The notes under the pieces are model-generated. The model ran no database searches. It had not been told where the DNA came from and worked only from the letters and a program-made list of their open reading frames with translations. From Candidatus Multivorans sp. (lineage in GTDB: Bacteria; Acidobacteriota; Thermoanaerobaculia; Multivoradales; Multivoraceae), in assembly GCA_965206765.1 (NCBI GenBank), contig OZ242222.1:23730-87729 (forward strand): a stretch of 64,000 bases of DNA, read 5' to 3'. Position numbers and translations under genes: made by a program. Position 1 is the first letter of the stretch, and every line of letters starts with the position of its first letter. Below are positions 59,111 to 64,000 of this stretch, piece after piece.

Positions 59111-59126
59111 AACTAGTGTTCTGCAC
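59091..59126 (+). promoter_or_regulatory. Promoter TTGACA-17-TAGTGT with CATGTG-N3-CACATG operator, leaderless
   Basis: Consensus -35, an inverted repeat in the spacer, and a third gcacatg half-site over ATG 59127. Confidence 0.8.
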
Positions 59127-59372
59127 ATGTCCAAGATGCTCCAGATTCGCAGCGTGCCTGAGGAAACCCACCGCCGGTTGAAGGCGCGCGCCGCGCTGGA
59201 GGGTGTCTCCATGTCGCACTTCGTCCTGCGCGAGATCGAGCGGATCGTGAGCCGGCCGAGCCGCCGCGAGGTGCTGGACGCGATTCGCAAGCTGCCGCCG
59301 GTGAAGCTCGATGAATCGCCGGCGGAGGTTCTGCGAGAGGTCCGAGAGGAGCGCGACGGCTGGGAATGGTGA
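59127..59372 (+). CDS. FitA-like RHH antitoxin
   Basis: MSKMLQIRSVPEETHRRLKARAALEG.SMS motif. Confidence 0.88.
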   Translation: MSKMLQIRSVPEETHRRLKARAALEGVSMSHFVLREIERIVSRPSRREVLDAIRKLPPVKLDESPAEVLREVREERDGWEW

Positions 59373-59755
59373 TCGACTCTTCCGCGGCGCTCGAACTGTT
59401 GCTGGACACTGCGCGGGGCCGTCGCCTGAACGAGCGAATTCGCGCGGAGTCGGTGGAGATTCACGCCCCTCACCTTGTCGATCTTGAGATCGCGCAGGTG
59501 CTGCGAAGGTACGTCCTGCGGGGGAGCTTGGACGCCGCGCGGGGAATGCGGGCGCTTCGCCACTGGCGGAGCCTCCAGGTGGAAAGGTACGAGCATCGCC
59601 GGTTCCTCGACCGGGTATGGGAACTCCGGCACAACGTCTCGGCCTACGATGCGGTCTACGTTGCCTTGGCCGAAGCGCTGTCCACGGTGCTGCTCACCGC
59701 GGACCGGAGGCTTGCCGCCGCTCCCGGCCTCGCGGGCAGAATCGAGCTGATCTGA
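59366..59755 (+). CDS. vapC: VapC PIN toxin
   Basis: VIDSSA.LE.L, HAPHL.D.E, WELR.NVSAYDAVYVALAE and TAD.RLA motifs. Confidence 0.92.
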   Translation: MVIDSSAALELLLDTARGRRLNERIRAESVEIHAPHLVDLEIAQVLRRYVLRGSLDAARGMRALRHWRSLQVERYEHRRFLDRVWELRHNVSAYDAVYVALAEALSTVLLTADRRLAAAPGLAGRIELI

Positions 59756-59782
59756 CCCCTGTCCGCTGAGAAGACCTTCGGC

Positions 59783-60652
59783 CTAATCGTCCCCGGCCGG
59801 CTCGAGCTTGTCCTGGGTCCTGGTCTCGAAGTCGCTGGCGGCGTGACGTTCGCGGAGTTGCTTCTCCAGCGGGCCCAAGGCCCGGTTCACCATCTGCCCG
59901 CGCTTGACCGCCGGGCGCCCGGCGATCTCGCTCGACCACCGGTTCACATGCTCGTAAGTGTGCGCTTCGATGAACTCCCCGGCGCCGTAGAGCTTGCCCG
60001 CTGCGAGGCCGCCGTACCAGGGCCAGATCGCCATGTCGGCGATCGTGTACTCGCTGCCCGCCATGTACTGTGAGTCCGCCAGGTGGCGGTCCAGGACGTC
60101 GAGCTGGCGCTTGACCTCCATGGTGAAGCGGTTGATCGCGTACTCGAACTTCTCGGGTGCGTAGGCGTAGAAGTGGCCGAACCCGCCGCCCAGGTAGGGC
60201 GCGCTGCCCATCTGCCAGAACAGCCAGCACAGGCACTCGGTGCGCGCCGCGTGATCCTCGGGTAGAAACTCGCCGAACTTCTCGGCCAGGTAGAGGAGGA
60301 TCGAGCCGGACTCGAAGACGCGCGTCGGCGGCGCCGTGCTGCGGTCGAGGAGAGCCGGGATCTTGGAGTTCGGGTTGATCGCGACGAACCCGCTCGAGAA
60401 CTGATTGCCCTCACCGATGTTGATCAGGTACGCGTCGTACTCGGCGCCGCTGTGCCCGAGGGCCAGCAGCTCTTCGAGCATCACCGTGACCTTGACCCCG
60501 TTGGGAGTGGCCAGGGAATGGAGCTGGAACGGATGATCGCCCACCGGCAGCTCCTCGTCGTGGGTGGGACCCGCGATCGGGCGATTGATGTTGGCGAAGC
60601 GGCCGCCGCTCTCGGCGTCCCACTTCCAGACGGTGGGCGGTTCATAGGACAT
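59783..60652 (-). CDS. yghU: Glutathione-dependent disulfide-bond oxidoreductase (nu-class GST)
   Basis: Y.PP.VW.W, NRPIAG.T, SLATPNG.KV, NPNSKIPAL, FESGSIL and ERH.ASDF motifs. Confidence 0.95.
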   Translation of the reverse strand: MSYEPPTVWKWDAESGGRFANINRPIAGPTHDEELPVGDHPFQLHSLATPNGVKVTVMLEELLALGHSGAEYDAYLINIGEGNQFSSGFVAINPNSKIPALLDRSTAPPTRVFESGSILLYLAEKFGEFLPEDHAARTECLCWLFWQMGSAPYLGGGFGHFYAYAPEKFEYAINRFTMEVKRQLDVLDRHLADSQYMAGSEYTIADMAIWPWYGGLAAGKLYGAGEFIEAHTYEHVNRWSSEIAGRPAVKRGQMVNRALGPLEKQLRERHAASDFETRTQDKLEPAGDD

Positions 60653-60752
60653 GCAGGTGAGCCCTCCTGATCGAAGGTGACTACGGGTCGAAGGTGAAGG
60701 GTGTGGATGGACCGGTGACCGGATAGCCGCCGGTCACCAGGTACCGTGCGGG

Positions 60753-63700
60753 TTACCAGGTATCGATGTAGGGCCGCTTCTTGCCGGTGCGGGGCGGCGT
60801 TGGGGGTAGCCGCTTCATGCTTTCCGTGATCCAGGAGCGAGTGTCCGCCGGGTCGATCACGTCGTCGAGACCGCCGCCGGCGGCGGCGTTGACGGCTTTG
60901 GCGCGTTCGTAGGAGGCCTCGACCCGCCGTTCGAACTCCAGCCGCCGTTCCTCGGGGTCCTCGATCGCGGCGAGCTCCTTGCGGTAGCCGAGCTTGACCG
61001 CGCCCTCGATGTTCATGCCGGCGAACTCGGCTGTCGGCCACCCGACAGTGAAGAAGCCGACCAGGGAGCTGGCGCCGCACATCGCCTGCACGCCGAGGCC
61101 GTACGCCTTGCGGACGACGACGCCGAACATGGGCACCGACAGGTTGGCGCCGGTGTTGAACATGCGCGCGCAGTGACGGACCAGGGCGGTCTTCTCGTGG
61201 TCCGGCCCGACCATGATCCCCGGGCAGTCCATCAGGCTGAGCACCGGGACGTCGAAGGCGTCGCAGAGCTGCAGGAAGCGGGCGCCCTTGTCGGCGCCGT
61301 CCGAGTCGATCGCTCCGGCCAGGTGGTGCGGGTTGTTCGCGATCACTCCCATCGGCTTGCCCTCGACCCGGATGAAGGCGGTGATCACGCCGATCCCGAA
61401 CTTCTCGCGGATCTCCAAGACCGAGCCGACGTCGGCCAGCCTGTGGACGATCTCCTGCATGTCGTAGAGACGGAGCCGGTTCTCGGGGATGACGTGGCGC
61501 AGGGGACGCTGGTCGTGGGCTTCCCAGTCCGAAATCGGCCCCTGGAAGTAGGAGAGGTACTTCTTCGTCGTCTCGACCGCCGCTTCCTCGTCCTCGACCA
61601 GGATGTCGACGACGCCGTTCGGCACCTGGAACGACATCGGGCCGACCTCTTCCGGCGTGTAGACGCCCAGGCCCCCGCCCTCGATCATTGCGGGGCCGCC
61701 CATGGCGATCGTCGACGTCTCGGTGGCGATGATCACGTCGCAGCAGGCGAGCAGGGCGGTGTTGCCGGCGAAGCAGCGGCCGTTGTTCACACCGACCAGG
61801 GGGATGAGCCCCGAGAGCTTGGCGAACTGGGTGAAGGTGTAGGTGTCGAACGCGACCCTGGGCCCGGTGTAGTCGTCGCCGGGCCGGCCGCCGCCGCCCT
61901 CGGTGAAGAACACGAGCGGCAGCCGGTAGCGGTTGGCGAGCTCGAACAGGCGGTCCTGCTTGTAGTGGTTGCGCCCGCCCTGGGTGCCGGCGAGCACGGT
62001 GTAGTCGTAGGAGAGGACGATCGCGCGCGAGTGCTCGTCGTCGAACAGGTCGCCGTTGATCGACGCGGTGCCGGCGACCACGCCGTCGGCGGGCGTGTAC
62101 TGGCGCAGCTTCTCGTCGCTGTACTTCTGGTGCTGGCGCGCCACGAGCAGAGGCCAGTACTCCTTGAACGATCCGGGGTCGACGAGTTGCTCGATGTTCT
62201 CCCGGGGGGTCTGGAAGCCGAACCGGCGGCGCCGGGCAACCGCCTCGGGCCGGTTCTCGTCCAGGGTGTAGGCGTGGCGGCGGATGTTCTCTTCGAGGTC
62301 AGGCCGGATGTAGTCGGGGTCGATTGCCTCAGCGGCGTCCGCCGCCTCGCCGCCTTCCGCTTCCTCGACAAGGACCAGGGGATAGCCCTCGCGGATCGTG
62401 TCGCCGGCGGCCATCGTGACCTGCTTCACGATGCCGCTGCAGCCGGTGCGGAGCACGTGCTCCATCTTCATCGCCTCGATCACCGCGACCTGTTGCCCGC
62501 GCAGCACCTCGTCGCCTTCCGCGACGTCGATGCTGACGATCGTGCCCTGGATCGGCGCCACGACGCCCGTGGCGCCATCTGCCCCGGGAACCGGTCCGGT
62601 CTGCGGTCCGGCCGCGGCGGCGCGAGGCTCCGGCTGTGCGGCCTCGGCCGCCTTGGTCGCCTGGTCGTAGGCGAACAGAGCGAGAGGATCGACGGTGTCG
62701 ACGCGGGCGCCGGCGAAGCCGCTGTCACGTGCGTCGTCGCTAGAGGTGTCCCCGGCGGCCGGCACCGGGCCGCTGGCAAGAGCGGAAGCCGGAACGAAGC
62801 GCTGCCTCCGGCCGTTGCCGGCGGCCGCCGCCAGTTCCCCGGCGTGGTCGTCGAGCCAGCGGGTGTAGAGGTTGCCCGCGGCAAAGTCCGGGTGGTTGAG
62901 GACGCTCTGCAGCCAGGGGATGTTCGTCGAGGGTCCGCCGATGCGAAACTCGTCGAGCGCCCGCGAGGCCCGCTTCACGGCGCTCGTGAAGTCGCTCGAC
63001 GGCGAATGGGCGATCACCTTCGCCAGCAGGGAGTCGAATGCCGGGTTCGCCTCGTAGCCCGCGTAGCCGCAGCCATCGATCCGCACGCCCGGTCCGCTCG
63101 GCGGTTCGTAGGCGGCAAGTACGCCGGAGGAGGGGCGCACGGCGCCCTCGGCGTCCAGGGTTTCCAGGTTGACCCGCGCCTGAATTGCAAAACCGCGCGG
63201 ACGGACGGATTCCGGCGCTCCGAGCCCGAGATCGGCAAGCGTCTCGCCGTCCGCGATTCGCAGTTGAGCCTGGACCAGGTCGACGCCGGTGACCGCTTCG
63301 GTGACCGTGTGCTCGACCTGCAGGCGGGCGTTCGCCTCGATGAACGCGAAGCCGCCGCCCGCCTCGGCGGACGGGCTGCCGCCGTTGCCGGTGTCGCTGC
63401 CCCTTCCTGCGTCGACCAGGAACTCGAAGGTGCCCAGGCTGTTGTACCGCGTGGATCGGCCGAGGCGCAGCGCCGCGTCGATGATCGCGGCGCGCAGGGT
63501 GGCCGACAGGTTGGGCGCCGGCGCCGTTTCGACCACTTTCTGGTGCCGGCGCTGGGCGCTGCACTCGCGTTCGCCCAAGTCGATCAGCCCGCCGGATTCG
63601 TCGCCCAGGAGCTGGACCTCGATGTGCCGCGCCCTCGGGACCAGCTCCTCGACGTAGAGGCCGCCGTTGCCGAACGCGCGCTCGGCCTCGGACCGGCAGC

Positions 63701-64000
63701 GCTCGTAGGCCTGTTCGATCTCACAGGCGGTGGTGACGATGCGGGTTCCGCGTCCACCGCCGCCGGCGAGCGCCTTGATGATCATCGCCTTGCCCTGGCC
63801 CAGGCCGGCGAAGAACTCCTGCGTCTCCTCGACCGTGGTCGGCCGATCCGTGCCGCGCAGCACCGGGACGTCCGCGCCAGTCGACGCCGCACGGGCTCTG
63901 CCCTTGTCGCCGAACAGTTCGAGCACCTCGGGCCGCGGTCCGACGAAGGTGACGCCCGCCTCGGCGCAGGCGGCGGCGAAGGCTGCATTCTCGGCCAGGA
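60753..64000 (-). CDS. Single-chain acyl-CoA carboxylase (biotin carboxylase-BCCP-carboxyltransferase), 5'-partial
   Basis: KA.AGGGGRG, ERECS.QRRHQK, RLQVEH.VTE, EAMKM and YDYTVLAGTQG motifs. Frame stays open to the window end (...FLAEN..FA). Confidence 0.93.
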   Translation of the reverse strand, partial: LAENAAFAAACAEAGVTFVGPRPEVLELFGDKGRARAASTGADVPVLRGTDRPTTVEETQEFFAGLGQGKAMIIKALAGGGGRGTRIVTTACEIEQAYERCRSEAERAFGNGGLYVEELVPRARHIEVQLLGDESGGLIDLGERECSAQRRHQKVVETAPAPNLSATLRAAIIDAALRLGRSTRYNSLGTFEFLVDAGRGSDTGNGGSPSAEAGGGFAFIEANARLQVEHTVTEAVTGVDLVQAQLRIADGETLADLGLGAPESVRPRGFAIQARVNLETLDAEGAVRPSSGVLAAYEPPSGPGVRIDGCGYAGYEANPAFDSLLAKVIAHSPSSDFTSAVKRASRALDEFRIGGPSTNIPWLQSVLNHPDFAAGNLYTRWLDDHAGELAAAAGNGRRQRFVPASALASGPVPAAGDTSSDDARDSGFAGARVDTVDPLALFAYDQATKAAEAAQPEPRAAAAGPQTGPVPGADGATGVVAPIQGTIVSIDVAEGDEVLRGQQVAVIEAMKMEHVLRTGCSGIVKQVTMAAGDTIREGYPLVLVEEAEGGEAADAAEAIDPDYIRPDLEENIRRHAYTLDENRPEAVARRRRFGFQTPRENIEQLVDPGSFKEYWPLLVARQHQKYSDEKLRQYTPADGVVAGTASINGDLFDDEHSRAIVLSYDYTVLAGTQGGRNHYKQDRLFELANRYRLPLVFFTEGGGGRPGDDYTGPRVAFDTYTFTQFAKLSGLIPLVGVNNGRCFAGNTALLACCDVIIATETSTIAMGGPAMIEGGGLGVYTPEEVGPMSFQVPNGVVDILVEDEEAAVETTKKYLSYFQGPISDWEAHDQRPLRHVIPENRLRLYDMQEIVHRLADVGSVLEIREKFGIGVITAFIRVEGKPMGVIANNPHHLAGAIDSDGADKGARFLQLCDAFDVPVLSLMDCPGIMVGPDHEKTALVRHCARMFNTGANLSVPMFGVVVRKAYGLGVQAMCGASSLVGFFTVGWPTAEFAGMNIEGAVKLGYRKELAAIEDPEERRLEFERRVEASYERAKAVNAAAGGGLDDVIDPADTRSWITESMKRLPPTPPRTGKKRPYIDTW

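Overview
High-GC bacterial chromosomal segment with about 60 genes or gene remnants and one tRNA-Thr(CGT). The gene content (DUF1592/DUF1552, DUF6152, many PQQ dehydrogenases and sulfatases) suggests Acidobacteriota or a similar lineage; this is an inference. All family calls come from reading motifs, not from database searches. Main blocks: (1) a 11.7-kb minus-strand operon of secreted proteins, with three 'YEYACHEGN'-type unknowns, DUF6152 and a tandem duplicated [PQQ dehydrogenase + sulfatase] unit; (2) a small island encoding a degenerate M15-like protein, an ADP-ribosylglycohydrolase, a PD-(D/E)XK nuclease with an antitoxin-like tail and a frameshifted PIN toxin; (3) a GOLPH3/GPP34 - cNMP-patatin - thioesterase cluster; (4) MacAB-like and CusCBA exporters, the latter preceded by a Cys/Pro-rich candidate metal-sensing leader ORF and alternative hairpins; (5) assorted metabolic genes. 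Nine type II toxin-antitoxin loci are scattered through about 45 kb. In four the toxin is visibly broken by a different lesion, and several lie next to gene fragments. About ten genes appear leaderless (TAnnnT 6-8 nt before the ATG). There are three copies of a REP-like palindrome and a 14-bp minisatellite. I saw no CRISPR array, integrase or transposase.
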